From assembly GCF_000143415.4 (NCBI RefSeq), contig NW_003314285.1, positions 1,685,471-1,749,470 on the forward strand: a DNA stretch of 64,000 bases, given 5' to 3'. The notes beneath the pieces were generated by a model, which saw only the letters and a list, made by a program, of their open reading frames with translations, did not search any database and was not told the DNA's origin. The stretch's first letter is position 1. The number at the start of each line of letters is the position of its first letter. Positions 32,887 to 45,430 of the stretch are shown piece by piece. Both the position numbers and the translations under genes were made by a program. This DNA comes from Selaginella moellendorffii (lineage: Eukaryota > Plantae > Lycopodiophyta).

Positions 32887-35800
32887 CTACCCAAGACTTC
32901 TTAATGGCATAAGGAAGTTAGATATACCTTTATGGGGGGATAAATTGTTTATGTGCCGATATAGTAAGTCAATGTCATAAAAGGGAATGTTCGTTGGCAA
33001 AGATGCCATCATTAGGACACCCAAACACTCTAGAACACTAGGAGGTGTTGTTTGATATCACGAGGGCAATAGATAAGGCCCAAGAGACTAAGTTCTTAGC
33101 GAATGATGAATTGAAGGTGCTATCCAAACGTCTAAAGTTGCGAAGACGGGAGAAGTTCGTCTACCCGAATTAGACAAAGCCAAAAATGGAATTTTGGCAA
33201 GGCTAGTGATGGGCATATAAAGGCCCATATGTAGCAACATTAATCTTGGTATGTGGGATTATAAGGTGACCATACCCAGATTGAGGAACCACTCCCTAAG
33301 CTATTGGGTAGGTTCATCCCCAAGAATACTTGCTAAGGCATGGTAAAAAGTGCAAAACCATTCTCCTATTTTGGAGATGAATAACCGAAGGAAATGTGTG
33401 AGGCCAAAAGCAAGTAGTAAGGGGATAGAACCAAACCATAGGAATCGAAGAGTATAACCAAAGGTGGTTATATTAGTTGGGAGTAGAGAATCAAGTGGGC
33501 ACTCGAGCATGTTGTTACTAGCAATCGTAGTGCCATGAAGAGTCTAAAGCATGGAATTGTCTATTAAAAAGCTTGCGAAAGGAAAAGCTTTAGCAAGCTA
33601 AGGGACAAAGTTCCTTCAAGGTTCCCAAAGATAATTCTAGGTAGTGTAGTACTTAAAAAGCCAAGTGTAAATGGTTCATAAAACACACAAAATTAGAGTG
33701 GCATAGCAAAAGTGTGGTCTTGAAACTTGCCATAAAGCAATGCTATCAAGGTTGGGGAAATAGTTCCCGAGTGTTCAAAAGGATAACTTTCAACAAAAGT
33801 TGATGGTTAAGGACTTTTACGCTTATGCATGAAACCATGTTACATTGGTTGAATGACTTGCTAAGCGAGAATGGCAAGTCAGGGGAATGAATCCCCTAGT
33901 TGAAGGTGCTAACTTCAAAAGGGGTGGCCCATGGGGCCAAACATGGAAGAGTCCATGCATGATCATAGACTTGTCAAGTGAGAGGACTTGGCAATTTAGA
34001 GAGACTAGATTCCTAAGCTATGATTCGTAACGTGCTTTGGATATAAATTGGTGCACTGGCGCGGGGAGTCATGCCAAGCATCTAGGGTGATGCTGTCCGT
34101 AGATGCATATACGAAGGTTGGGTTCAAGTCCCAACCCTCTAGTGCTTGGGTTCGAGTCCCAAATCACTAGGGCGAAGTGATGATTTGGAATATGAGGACA
34201 CTCATATTTCAGTGGTCATGGACTCTCAATGAGGAGATTGGCTTGGGCACACCACAAAGCGGGGGATGCCCCGGAGTCATGATGTACAGTTAGATTGCTT
34301 AGAGTGAAAGTTCGGTATATCTAATTTGAATACTTTGGTGCAAAAGGCACCAAAGACGTGGTGAATGAGATGGGGACACTCAGTCTCAATTGCTATGGAT
34401 CCTTGGCTAGAAGGGCTAGCTTGGGCACACCACCAAGCGTGGGGGATGCCCCCGGGGTCATAGTCAACAATTTAAAAGGGTCTGAAAGACTTAGTTCTTA
34501 TTGGTAGACTTGTTAAGGGGTCAAAATAAGATCACTAGGTAATCTTATAGCTAAACAAGGACAAAGTCTTTGTTTGGGTTAAGGAATATAATTCCTAGTT
34601 CAAAGTGTTGAGTTGAACTATTGAGAATGGTGTGGCTTGGTCAAGGTGACTAAGTGGGAAGGACACTTAAAGGGAAATCAGTTGTACCAAAACGATGGTA
34701 TAATAAGTCCAAGAAAATAGTCTCTAGGAGAGACCTATGGGAGGGTTACAAAGTTGGGTCGTGGACGAAACTTGTGGCAGAAAATGCTAAAGAGACCTAT
34801 TAGAGGTGAGCACCCTCTGGACTTAGCAAAGTAGAGCCTTTGCCACAGAACCAAAAAGGATATCTCGAGAATGGAGGTAGTGATCCTATGTTGCCCAGTG
34901 CAACAATCAATAGATAAAAGCAAAAGACTAGTAGCCAAATGTGGGCCATGGAGTTCATTGGAAGGAATACAAATAGCAAAGTTAGGTATGGAACATTATG
35001 TTGGATACTAACAGATTGTGAGAAAGGAAATGTGCTTCCAAGGATGGATTCCTAAATGCTCCAAGTTGGCAAAGGTGAAAGCTCCAAGGGAGGGAGCGGC
35101 AAAGTAGCCAAATGATAGGGCCGTGGACAACTCTAGCACAACTTACGATAGCTGGAACTTAGTGCCAAAGGTGGCACAAAATAGAAAGGAGAATGATGGT
35201 GCCCTCAAGTGGAAAATTTTCTAAGATAGGGAAGTGAAGTTGCACAATATGTGCAATGAAAGGTGTTAAAGACACCAAAGAAATTGACTTCGAGAAGTCA
35301 AAATTAAAAGTTCCAACGTGAACTGGTTATATCAATAGAAGTTGAGACTACTCGAGAATGAATAATGGGATTGAGCTAGAAAAGGTGTTTCTAATGAGTT
35401 TAGCGAGAGCTAAACCAATAAAAGGGAGAGAACCACTTGAGGTGGTTAAATGAGTCTTTATGTTGGAGACACTATGCTCCTTAGAGGTTGGACAAGGCAT
35501 GGCAAGCCTTCGGTGTAAAACTATTGATAAATATGGGCTAGGTGCCAAAGATGGAAAAGGTAATACATGCTGGTGTTACTTTATAAAATGGTTTATCATT
35601 CGATAAGGACATCAAACTTTGTCGATGGGTGGTGTTGTGAGACACAAATCCCTAAGCCCCAAAGTGGAGCCAAAAGGGTGCCATGTGGTAGTGGCCAAAG
35701 CGAAAGCTAAACAAACATAACACATTTGGACTAAAAGGTTCCAACTTGAAAGGTCGAGAGCGCGAGTGGAACTCCCAACGGAGTTCTCAAGAAACAAGCA

Positions 35801-37129
35801 TGAAGTGAGCAATAAAGGAGTCCGAGATGGACCCAAGATGGAGTCTGAGATGGAGTCCGAGATGGACCGAGATGGGGTCCAAGATGGAGTCCGAGATGGA
35901 GTCCGAGATGGAGTCCGAGATGGACCCGAGATGGAATCCGAGATGGAGTCCGAGAAGGACCCGAGATGGAGTCCGAAATCGAGACCGAGACCGAGACCAA
36001 AACCGGGACCGAGACCAGGACTAGGACCGGGACCGAGACCGAGACCGGGGCCGAGGCTAAGACCGAGCCCAAGCCCGAGTCCAAGTCCGAGTTTGAGTCC
36101 GAGTCCGAGTCCGAATCCAAGTCCGAGTCCGAGTTCAAGTCTAAGAGGGTGAAAGCCCAAAGCGTTTGTCTCCCAGACCCTGGAGGGTTTGGTAAGCTCC
36201 AAAAGTATAGTAGGGGGATGACTCAAGTGGAGCCAGTTTGGCCTAGGAAGGCTGTGCCCAAGTGTTGGGAGACGGGATAACCACTGGGAGGTCCAAGGCT
36301 AGAGTGAATACGAACTGTCAAGTGGGGTAACTTGGTGAAGTGTTCAAGAGTCGGCTTTAGTTCCCTCGGGAGATCGAATGGTCGATGCTCCCAGTCCAAG
36401 TGTGGGTGGCACTACCTACTTGGATACCTGGCGTGGCTCAACGGAACCTCACTCTAAGCCCATGGCTAAAGCACCAAAAGGCGGAAGGTGGGGAGGGTAC
36501 CCATGAAGCTTGCATAAGGCCACGGTGTTCCGAAATGTTGTCCCAAAGTCCCAGACTATGGAAAGGAAGAGGAGTGGACCTCTGGTGTAGTGACTAATGA
36601 TACGGTCATGTAGTGAGGAAGTCCCAGAGGACAATGGGACTTAGTGGTCGGGCCTATGGGCCCTGTCCCAGTGGCAGTGTTGGCGAACACGGCCATGGGC
36701 AGAAAAGGGACTTGGTGGGGACTGTAAAAGGGATATTGGGGAAGGCTGTTCCCCATGTCTGCGGACATTTTAAGGATGCTAAGGAGTGGATCTTGGATGG
36801 TCACTACTGGACAGATGGCCTAATCCTTGAGAGACAGGACTGCGATGCAGGTGGTGTTGAACCACCGATATGACCAAGGTGAAGGGGCATGGCCTTAGTG
36901 TAATAGACTAGTATGTTGGTGGTACCTTGGGGTGTTGGTCTTGGGACCGAGCACGTGGAGCACTTGGACTAAGTGCAAGGGATGAGTGGCATGGATGCTA
37001 TTCTCGGGGCTAGCAAGTCCTTAAGTCCTGAATTGGACTTAAAGAGGTTGTGAATGAGACTCCTCCAAGTGGTCGGAGGTGTGGTTAAGTGATTAAATTA
37101 GAGTGGAAAAATTAGTCACTTACAAAATA

Positions 37130-37409
37130 TTTCTTCCTAAGCTCAAAAATAAGTTGAGACTCCATAGACGTTTCTGTTCCAGAGTTCAGATTTAATCTTT
37201 GGATAAAGAATTGATTCCTTATTTAGAGATGAATAAATATTATGAGTTATTATTAGAACAGATATTAGTAAACTTTAACAAGATTATATTTGAGATATGT
37301 TAAATTTTGCTGCTTCATTTATTATTCTAGAAACTAGATATTTTTTAAAAATCATTATAATAATTTTAATTCTATTTTATCTTACTGGAATTCAATTTCG
37401 TTTTGCTAA
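37130..37409 (+). pseudogene. 3' part of the disrupted third lectin-family paralog (internally deleted)
   Basis: atgttaaattttgctgcttcatttattatt matches 46240-46270 (MLNFAASFII). It ends WNSISFC* like WDSKTFC* of the intact copy, but most of the lectin domain is missing. Confidence 0.75.
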
Positions 37410-37541
37410 TTAGTATTTTATTAATTTTTAGTTATTATTTTTAATAATTCATTGTGAGTATCTATGACTTATAATGACTTATTATTGATATATTTGATAT
37501 AAAATGAATTATTTAAAAATCAAATAATTTTAATAAATATG

Positions 37542-39314
37542 TTAGACAAGAGAACATATATGGGCAAATAGCACAAATGCCCCTGCATTTTTTTCATCCA
37601 GCCTTATTACTTCTTCCATTGCTGCCAATCCACATTTTTCATTTTTGACACTTTTACAAGCTCCAAGCAAGCATCGCCAGTCAAGCACATTTGGCTCAAC
37701 TGGCATTTCTCTTATTAGATCATTGGCATTATCTAAATACCCAACACGACCCAGAAGATCTATCATCCAGCAAAAGTGTTGCCTCTCCGGCCAAATTCCA
37801 AAGTCTCCTATCATCGATCTAAACAATGAGAGCCCTCTTTCGATATCTCCTTTATGGCTGCATGCCATGAGGGCACTTGCAAAGCTAATTCCATCAGGAA
37901 TTTCAGCAGCCATCTTAAGCAAATGAGAAACTTCTAAAGCTTCAACGGGATATCCACTTTGAGCATATGCAGCTAGCATAGCATTCCATGCAATTAAATC
38001 ATGATTTTGCATCCTATCAAACAAAACCTTTGCTTGGGCAATGTTCCCAGAACGTGCAAATGCTGTTAATATTGTAGTCCAGGAAACCAAGTCCACTTCT
38101 GGCATTTGGAACATGAATTCCAGCATAAGCTTCAGATGCCCCTGGGCGGCATATGCTAAGAGCATTGCATTCGTGACAGCCATGTCCCACCCTTGCATGG
38201 AATCATATACGTGCTTAGCTTCTTCCACAAAACCGTGTTGCCCATAACATACTAGCATCACAGAGAAAGTTATGGAGTCCTTCTCAGGCATCAAGTCAAG
38301 CAAGAGCTCCGCTTCTTTGATATACCCGTTGTGGGCATATCCCGTCAGCATGGTGTTCCATGAAGCTTGTGTTCTCTCTGGCATGGAATCAAACACTGCT
38401 CTAGCCTTGTCAAGATCCCCGATTTGGTTATATGCTGTCACCATTGCTCCCCACGAGACAACACTGCGTTCCTCCATTTCATCAAATATTTTCTCTGCCA
38501 GTCTCAAGTTTCCAGCTCGAACGTAAGCGACCAACAAGACAGTCCATGACACGGAGTTTCTCTCAGGCATCGTATCGAACATTCTCTCGGCATCTTGGAG
38601 CTTCCCTTTCTGAGCATATGCGCTCAGCATCGATGTCCACGACACAATGTCTCTCACTTCCATTTCCTCAAAGATTTCCTTTGCGCCATCGAGAATCTGG
38701 GTTTGAGAATATCCACAGAGCATTGCCGTGGATGAGACGAGATCTCTCTCGGGCATGCCATTATAGACCTCTCTAGCGCCATGCGTATGCCCGTTCCAGG
38801 TATATGCTAGGATCAAAGCCGTCCACGAGGAGAGATTCCTCTCTGGCATCTGGTCAAACACGCGTCCCGCATCCTCGACCCGACCGTTGCTTCCAAATGC
38901 CGCCACCAGTGTGTTCCACGAAACAATGTCCCTCGCGGGCATCTCCAAGAATGTCACTTTTGCTTTCTCCAGATGCCCTTTGTGGGAATATGCAGAGAGC
39001 ATGAAGTTCCAGGAGAAAATGTCCTTGCGGGGAATGCTATCGAATATTCGCCGGGCCGAGCTGATGCTCCCGCACTTGTCGTAGAGCTGCAGAAGCATGT
39101 TTGCGACGAATGAATCCGACGCAAGGCGGTGCTCCACTCGCGAGTGAACTTCCTTGGCCATGGATAGTGTCGTGCACGATCTGATAAGCTCCAAGCACGC
39201 ATTTCGATCGAGCGGCTTCTCTCCATGCATTTCTTTTGCTCTTGGCTTGTCATTGGAAAGGAATCCAATGCTAAGTGGCAACCAAAGTAGTATAACTTTC
39301 TCGGAGAAAATCAA
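37542..39314 (-). CDS. PLS-class PPR protein made of tandem short (about 31-aa) motifs with a truncated E domain
   Basis: 590-aa ORF (first ATG at 39230; true start uncertain) with repeated FDxMPERxxVSWT motifs, HFCWMIDLLGRVG and WRCLLGAC. It ends at FVLFAHICSLV. Confidence 0.88.
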   Translation of the reverse strand: MIFSEKVILLWLPLSIGFLSNDKPRAKEMHGEKPLDRNACLELIRSCTTLSMAKEVHSRVEHRLASDSFVANMLLQLYDKCGSISSARRIFDSIPRKDIFSWNFMLSAYSHKGHLEKAKVTFLEMPARDIVSWNTLVAAFGSNGRVEDAGRVFDQMPERNLSSWTALILAYTWNGHTHGAREVYNGMPERDLVSSTAMLCGYSQTQILDGAKEIFEEMEVRDIVSWTSMLSAYAQKGKLQDAERMFDTMPERNSVSWTVLLVAYVRAGNLRLAEKIFDEMEERSVVSWGAMVTAYNQIGDLDKARAVFDSMPERTQASWNTMLTGYAHNGYIKEAELLLDLMPEKDSITFSVMLVCYGQHGFVEEAKHVYDSMQGWDMAVTNAMLLAYAAQGHLKLMLEFMFQMPEVDLVSWTTILTAFARSGNIAQAKVLFDRMQNHDLIAWNAMLAAYAQSGYPVEALEVSHLLKMAAEIPDGISFASALMACSHKGDIERGLSLFRSMIGDFGIWPERQHFCWMIDLLGRVGYLDNANDLIREMPVEPNVLDWRCLLGACKSVKNEKCGLAAMEEVIRLDEKNAGAFVLFAHICSLV

Positions 39315-39429
39315 ACCTTAAAATTTCTCCCAAGGAAGAGTTCGATAGATTTTATCAAACTTTCCTTCGCACTGAAAATCGAAAGGACAGCAGTGCTCAA
39401 AGCAAGGAGAAATTGAAATGATACCGGAA

Positions 39430-39990
39430 CATTTATTACCGGTAAACAACTCGCGGGTGTCGGACCAATGTCGAGAGCTCTCGTTCGACGATCCGGTGGG
39501 ATGATGGAGAGGTTCGTGATCCGTGCTCCACCCTCGGAGCACCAGCCATCGCACTGGATCTTCAGCTTCTTTGTTGGCGTTGAGCAGCTTCTTCTTTGAC
39601 TTCTGCTTGTGAGACTTCATCTCGCGGGAAGAGTGTTTAAAGCAAAATTTGGATGAACATTTTTGTTACCTTCACTCTGGAAATGTCTATGCCTTTATCC
39701 TTGAGAGTGCTGGGAAATCCTCCCAGGTTGGGCGGTAGACTGTGAGCTTCAAGCAACTGTTGCTGCCAAACACATGAGCTTGTACTGAGCTATGAAACGC
39801 AACTATTTGGAATGCCGTTTCCATTTCCATTACATTCATTGTCGTTGACATGAGAGAGGGGGTCTCCTCTAGCTTTGACCCTTCGTGGCTCAATGCCTCC
39901 TCAACAGTAGTCGCGAAGCTCGCTGCTTCATCGCTCACAGAATCCATTCGGACACATTGTTGGCCTTGAGCAACTTCTTCTTTGACTTTT
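39430..39990 (-). pseudogene. Rearranged duplicate of the 3' exons of the IQM gene
   Basis: gtcgagagctctcgttcgacgatc, ccaccctcggagcaccagccat, gttaccttcactctgg and gctcgctgcttcatcgctcac match 48040-48610, with block order partly shuffled. Confidence 0.85.
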
Positions 39991-41547
39991 AGCAAATAAA
40001 AGATGTTCTATCAAGTTTATACTCGTCAAACTTTTATATCTTCTGGAGAGGTGTCAGATTAGTACATATATATACTAATGTGCAGATAACTATTGCATAT
40101 GAACCATCTGAGTGGATTGGATTTGGTTCATTTGGATAATGACAGTAATATGCTTGAAAATTAGATAGAAGGTATCTATAGTAGATAGAATATTTTATTT
40201 TATTTTTAAAACAAAAATACATTATTAAACATTGTGAGGGCCAAGTGTACGGCTACGATGCCGTATACTAATATTAGCGTAGTGGATTTTGGTAGCCGTC
40301 GGATTGGTTTCAATCCGGACCACTCGCTCCTGTATATAAGCTAGGGTTTTTGGGTTAATTGATATGCACATTTCTGTATTCCCTTTCTATATTCCATGCA
40401 CTCACATTGGTGGAGGTGAGGGGCACCTTTGATTGTCCCTGGGGAGTGCTTGGATTTGGGATTTCGGTTTAGATCTAGCTTTTGCATTGTCTAGATCTAG
40501 CTTTTTCCATTTCCTTTCTTTTGTTCTTTCCTTTCAGGATTTTGGTTTAGATCTAGCTTTTTGCATTGTCTAGATCTACCATTTCTTTCTAGCTTTTTGT
40601 CATTTCTCTTCTTTTGCTCTTTCTTTCTCATTCATTTTCATGGCCGATCCGCAATCTCCTCCTTTGACTCTAGAGCAGCAGTTGGTTCAATTGCTTGATG
40701 CTATGCGCCTGCAATTGAACAACCAAACTCAGTTGATGGCGGCGTTCACGGCACATGGTACAACTCCTCTTGCTTTTGGTGCCAATCCTCGCGTTCGGCC
40801 GGAGTTCTTTCGTGGGAATCCTGGGGATGATGTGTACCATTGGTTCGATCACTTCACGGTGATTGCCACATATCATTCTTGGGATGATGCTCGGCGTTTG
40901 CGTGAGTTCCCCACATGTCTTCAAGGGACGGCATTGCAGTGGTACAATGGATTGAGCGCAGCTACTCGTGGCGATTGGAGTGTTCTTCCGGACGTCTTCA
41001 AACTCGCCTTCGGACACGCCGACGATTGTGATGATGCCTTCCAACAATTGCATCGTCTTCGCCAAGGGCCATCTGAGTCGGTGATGCAATTTGGCGTTCG
41101 TTTCCGAAGTCTTTTGCTTCGTGCGGAGCCAAATATGTCGGAGCGGATCAAGCTAGGAATGCTGTGGCCAGCACTTCGTCAAGATCTTGTCGGACTTGTG
41201 CATGCACTTGCTCCTGCCACTCTTGACGATGCTCTTCGCTTGGCACAACGTTATGAGACGTCGCCTCTTCCACTTCTTGCTACACGTCCTTCAGCTCCAC
41301 TTCCTATGAGTGATGGTCCTGTTCCCATGGAAGTTGATGCTGCTGCTACTTGAGTCCAAGGACAAGGGCGAGGACGTGGTCGTGGCCGTGACATTCGTTG
41401 CTGGGCGTGTGATGAAGTTGGTCATACTTATCGGCGTTGTCGGCGCTTTCCGGATTGGCGACCTCCATTTCCTGGGTGGAGACCTTGGCGTCAGCAACGT
41501 CCCGTTGGTGCTGCTGCGGTGGAAGGTTTGGATACCGAGGTGCATTC

Positions 41548-41611
41548 GGGAAACGAGGAGTCGCGCGAGTAATGGAGGGACCTTGCGCGAATAAGTTAGT
41601 GACCCCTCCAT
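41548..41611 (+). other. -1 programmed ribosomal frameshift signal (slippery heptamer plus H-type pseudoknot)
   Basis: G GGA AAC at 41548-41554, 6-nt spacer, stem 1 tcgcgcgag/cttgcgcga, stem 2 atggaggg/ccctccat. The pol ORF is in the -1 frame. Confidence 0.85.
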
Positions 41612-42912
41612 CTTTCTTTCGGGAGTATCATCAAGGGGTTCACTCGGCACCGGTTCATCCAGTGTTTACTTTCCAAGCTCGTTTTTATAACAAGAGGTCT
41701 CCTATTCTTCTCTCCGTGTTGGTTGATACAGGTTCGAGTTTATCTTCTATTGCTCGACCTGTTGCCACACGTTGTCGTCTACACTTGCGTCATGCGGCAG
41801 ATCCAGTTTTCATTCTTTATGGCAACGGCCGTACACATGCATGTGCACGAGATGAGGCGGACCTGGTTGTGCGTGTGGGCGATCTCAAGCTTGAGTTGCA
41901 GTCGTTGCGGGTGGTGCCGAGTCAAGCTTTTGACCTCATTCTTGGTATGGATTGGTTGCAGCACAATCATGCCAAGTGTGACTTTGAGGCTTTTCCCCCT
42001 TGTCTCATACTTCCTTATGTTTCATCCATTCCTCTCACTTCTGTACCTCTTCGTCCCTCTACTTCTACCTCTGCTTCCATTACTTTTGTTCCCCCATTAT
42101 TTCCTCTTGTGTTTCCATCTTGTTCTGCTCTTCCCTTTTCCGATCCCTCCGATGATCTTTGTGTTGCAGCTGTTGATCAGCTCATGAAGGAGTATTCTGA
42201 TCTCTTTGAATTTGACCTATCGTCTGGGGCCAAGATTGCCACATGTCATCCCATTCCAACCGGGGATGCTCGTCCAATCAAGGTTCCTGTTCGTCGTCGG
42301 TCACCCAAGGAGATCAAGATTTTACGTGCAAACGTCAAGGAGATGTTGGAGAAGGGTGTTATTCGGAAGTCGCGGAGTCCTTGGGCATGTGAACCTCATC
42401 TTGTGACGAAGCCTGATGGGAGTATTCGTTTCTGCATCGACTATCGTTCGTTAAATGAAGTGACGATCCCGGACGTGTACCCTCTTCCTCACACTGCTGA
42501 TCTCTTGGATCGTCTGGGGCGAAGTCGTTGGTTCACCAAGCTAGATCTTGCTTCTGGGTATTGGCAAGTACCGATGGCTGAAGACGATATTCCTAAGACT
42601 GCTTTTCGTACACCATTTGGTTTGTACGAGTTTTTGGTGATGCCGTTTGGTTTGAACAATGCTCCAGCAACTTTTCAGCGAATGATGGACGAGGTTCTTT
42701 GCGATATGCCAGAGGTGACGGCTGACTTCATTGATGATGTCTTGATCCACTCGGAGGGGACGTGGGAGGAGCATGTTCGTGATGTTTGTAAAGTGTTGGA
42801 TCGGCTACGCGATGTTGGTTAAAGCTGAAGCGGTCGAAGTGCGTGTTTGGGTCCAAGGACACAACTTATCTTGGGTACCGTATTTCTCGTGAGGGTTTGC
42901 AAGTTGATCCTG

Positions 42913-43439
42913 NNNNNNNNNNNNNNNNNNNNNNNNNNNNNNNNNNNNNNNNNNNNNNNNNNNNNNNNNNNNNNNNNNNNNNNNNNNNNNNNNNNNNNNN
43001 NNNNNNNNNNNNNNNNNNNNNNNNNNNNNNNNNNNNNNNNNNNNNNNNNNNNNNNNNNNNNNNNNNNNNNNNNNNNNNNNNNNNNNNNNNNNNNNNNNNN
43101 NNNNNNNNNNNNNNNNNNNNNNNNNNNNNNNNNNNNNNNNNNNNNNNNNNNNNNNNNNNNNNNNNNNNNNNNNNNNNNNNNNNNNNNNNNNNNNNNNNNN
43201 NNNNNNNNNNNNNNNNNNNNNNNNNNNNNNNNNNNNNNNNNNNNNNNNNNNNNNNNNNNNNNNNNNNNNNNNNNNNNNNNNNNNNNNNNNNNNNNNNNNN
43301 NNNNNNNNNNNNNNNNNNNNNNNNNNNNNNNNNNNNNNNNNNNNNNNNNNNNNNNNNNNNNNNNNNNNNNNNNNNNNNNNNNNNNNNNNNNNNNNNNNNN
43401 NNNNNNNNNNNNNNNNNNNNNNNNNNNNNNNNNNNNNNN
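42913..43439. other. Assembly gap (N run) within the RT/RNase H region
   Basis: Run of N bases. Confidence 1.
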
Positions 43440-45265
43440 GCTCGATGGGCTTTGAAGCTTCAGATATATGATTTCGATGTTGTTCATCGCCCAGGGAGTT
43501 CTATGGCTGATGCTGATGCCCTTTCTCGAGCTCCTCTTCCTTCTCCACTCACTTCTCATGTTTCTGATGAACCTGTTGTTCCAGCATCTGTGGATTTTCT
43601 AGATGAGGATTCTGTGCCGTCGGCGGTTGCTGTCCTTGACGTTTAGTGTCCACAGGGCGTAGAGCAAGATCTACCTTCTCTGGATGAGGTTCGCGAGGCT
43701 CAAAAGATTGAGCCGTGGATTCTAAGGCTTCGAGATGGGTTTGAGAATCTTGCATCACTTGCTGATGACTTGCCTTTTCGGCATTTACATTCTCAATATC
43801 GCCTTGAAGATGGCCTTCTTTATTTTGTGGGAACGGATCCTGATGCTCATTTACGGCTAGTGGTGCCTTCGGTGTTTATTCCGCGGTTTCTCCATGCCTA
43901 CCATGATTCTCCTATTCTAGGTGGGCATATGGGACACCGTCGTGTCACCGAGAAGTTGCACAGATCTTTCTATTGGCCAGAGATGCGACGTGATATTATC
44001 CGGTATGTGCGTAGCTGCGTTTGGTGCCAAGCTCGTAATACTCCCCCTTGTGCTGCGGAAGGACGGTTGGAGTCAATTGCAGTTTCTCGTCCGTTTGAGT
44101 TGGTGGTGTTTGATCTTATGGGACCTTTTCCGCGATCGACTGCTGGCAATGAGTATGTTATTATTGCTTCTGACTACTTGACTCGTTGGGTGGAAGTTGG
44201 TGCTCTTGCTAGTGCCTCTGCAACTGCTGTTGGATACTTCCTCCTCAATCGAGTGGTGTTCCAGCATTCTTGTCCAGAACGGATTCTTTCGGATAATGGT
44301 CCTGCATTTATGGCTGAGGTATTTCATGTTTTGACATCTCGGTTGGGGATACGCCACACTTTTACGAGTGCTTATCATCCACAATCAGACGGTCTGGTGG
44401 AACGGCTCGTTCGGACATTCAAAGGGATGATTGCGAAGTATGTGAACTTTCAACATTCGGATTGGGATGGTTATTTGCCGTCTCTTCGGTATGCTTATGT
44501 CACAGGGGTGCAGAGTTCTGTTGGTGCTTCACCATATAAACTTCTATATGGTCATGATCCAATATTACCAACAGAGCTAGGTTTACCTTCGCGATTGCCA
44601 CGAACTCCTGATGCTAGGTCATGGGATCAATATTTGACAAGCATTCTTCCACTTGTCCGAGCAGAGTCTACTGAACACTTAGGCCGCGTACAAGTGGGAC
44701 AACAACGGCGCTACAATTCCCATCATCGTCCACCAGCGGAGTACAAAGTGGATGATTTGGTGTTAGTCCGTTTTCCCCATCTTACGGTACGTGGTTTATC
44801 TAAGGGGCTCCTTGCGCAGTGGAAAGGACCGTATCGGGTGTTGCGGCAAGTTGGACCACAAGTTTATGAGGTTCGGCATGACGTTCAGCAGGCTGATCCT
44901 CCGGAGATTGTGCATGTGCAGCGGTTAAAACGCTTCATACAGAGGGATCAGGAGCAGTTAATACCGTCTACAGATCCACCGATGCCTCCTCCTGACGTTC
45001 CTCCAGATCCCGGCCCATCTACAAGAGAATCCTGACGGCCTTCCATTATTCCGAGAGGAGGGGATGATGTGAGGGCCAAGTGTACGGCTACGATGCCGTA
45101 TACTAATATTAGCGTAGTGGATTTTGGTAGCCGTCGGATTGGTTTCAATCCGGACCACTCGCTCCTGTATATAAGCTAGGGTTTTTGGGTTAATTGATAT
45201 GCACATTTCTGTATTCCCTTTCTATATTCCATGCACTCACAACATAAAATATAATAAATTATTTT

Positions 45266-45313
45266 CTATATACATACATATATATATATACAAACATACA
45301 TATATATATATAC

Positions 45314-45386
<73 letters not shown>

Positions 45387-45430
45387 TATCTATACATACA
45401 TACATATATATACATATATATCTATACATA
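45266..45430. repeat. (TA)n / TACA microsatellite
   Basis: Directly visible. Confidence 0.97.

Larger units (their letters stand above)
24219..37124 (+). mobile_element. Old degenerate LTR retrotransposon (12.9 kb including a nested insertion), no intact internal ORFs
   Basis: LTRs at 24219-25839 and 35636-37124 with TG...CA ends. 5-bp TSD AAATA (24214-24218 and 37125-37129). tRNA-iMet-like PBS tggtatcggag at 25843-25853. Purine-rich gatgggtggtgt precedes the 3' LTR. Confidence 0.92.
40233..45241 (+). mobile_element. Young non-chromovirus Ty3/gypsy LTR retrotransposon with 174-bp LTRs
   Basis: LTRs at 40233-40406 and 45068-45241 look identical. 4-bp TSD ACAT, PBS tggtggaggtgagggg (tRNA-Ala-like) and PPT gagaggagggg. 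Gag starts at 40640 with knuckle CWACDEVGHTYRRC. Protease VDTGS, RT FIDD, and integrase at 43770-45035 with WKGPY. Confidence 0.95.

Noticed and set aside
40075-40140. IAYEPSEWIG resembles the triosephosphate isomerase motif IAYEPVWAIG
   Set aside because: Short, stop-bounded frame with no other TPI motifs nearby.
41351-41353. Programmed stop-codon readthrough in gag
   Set aside because: The TGA sits where CGA (Arg) fits the RG-rich context, so a CpG transition or sequencing error is simpler. It would need to be shared by many copies to reconsider.
42819-43646. ORFs of 200-270 aa spanning the N run
   Set aside because: Artefacts of the assembly gap.
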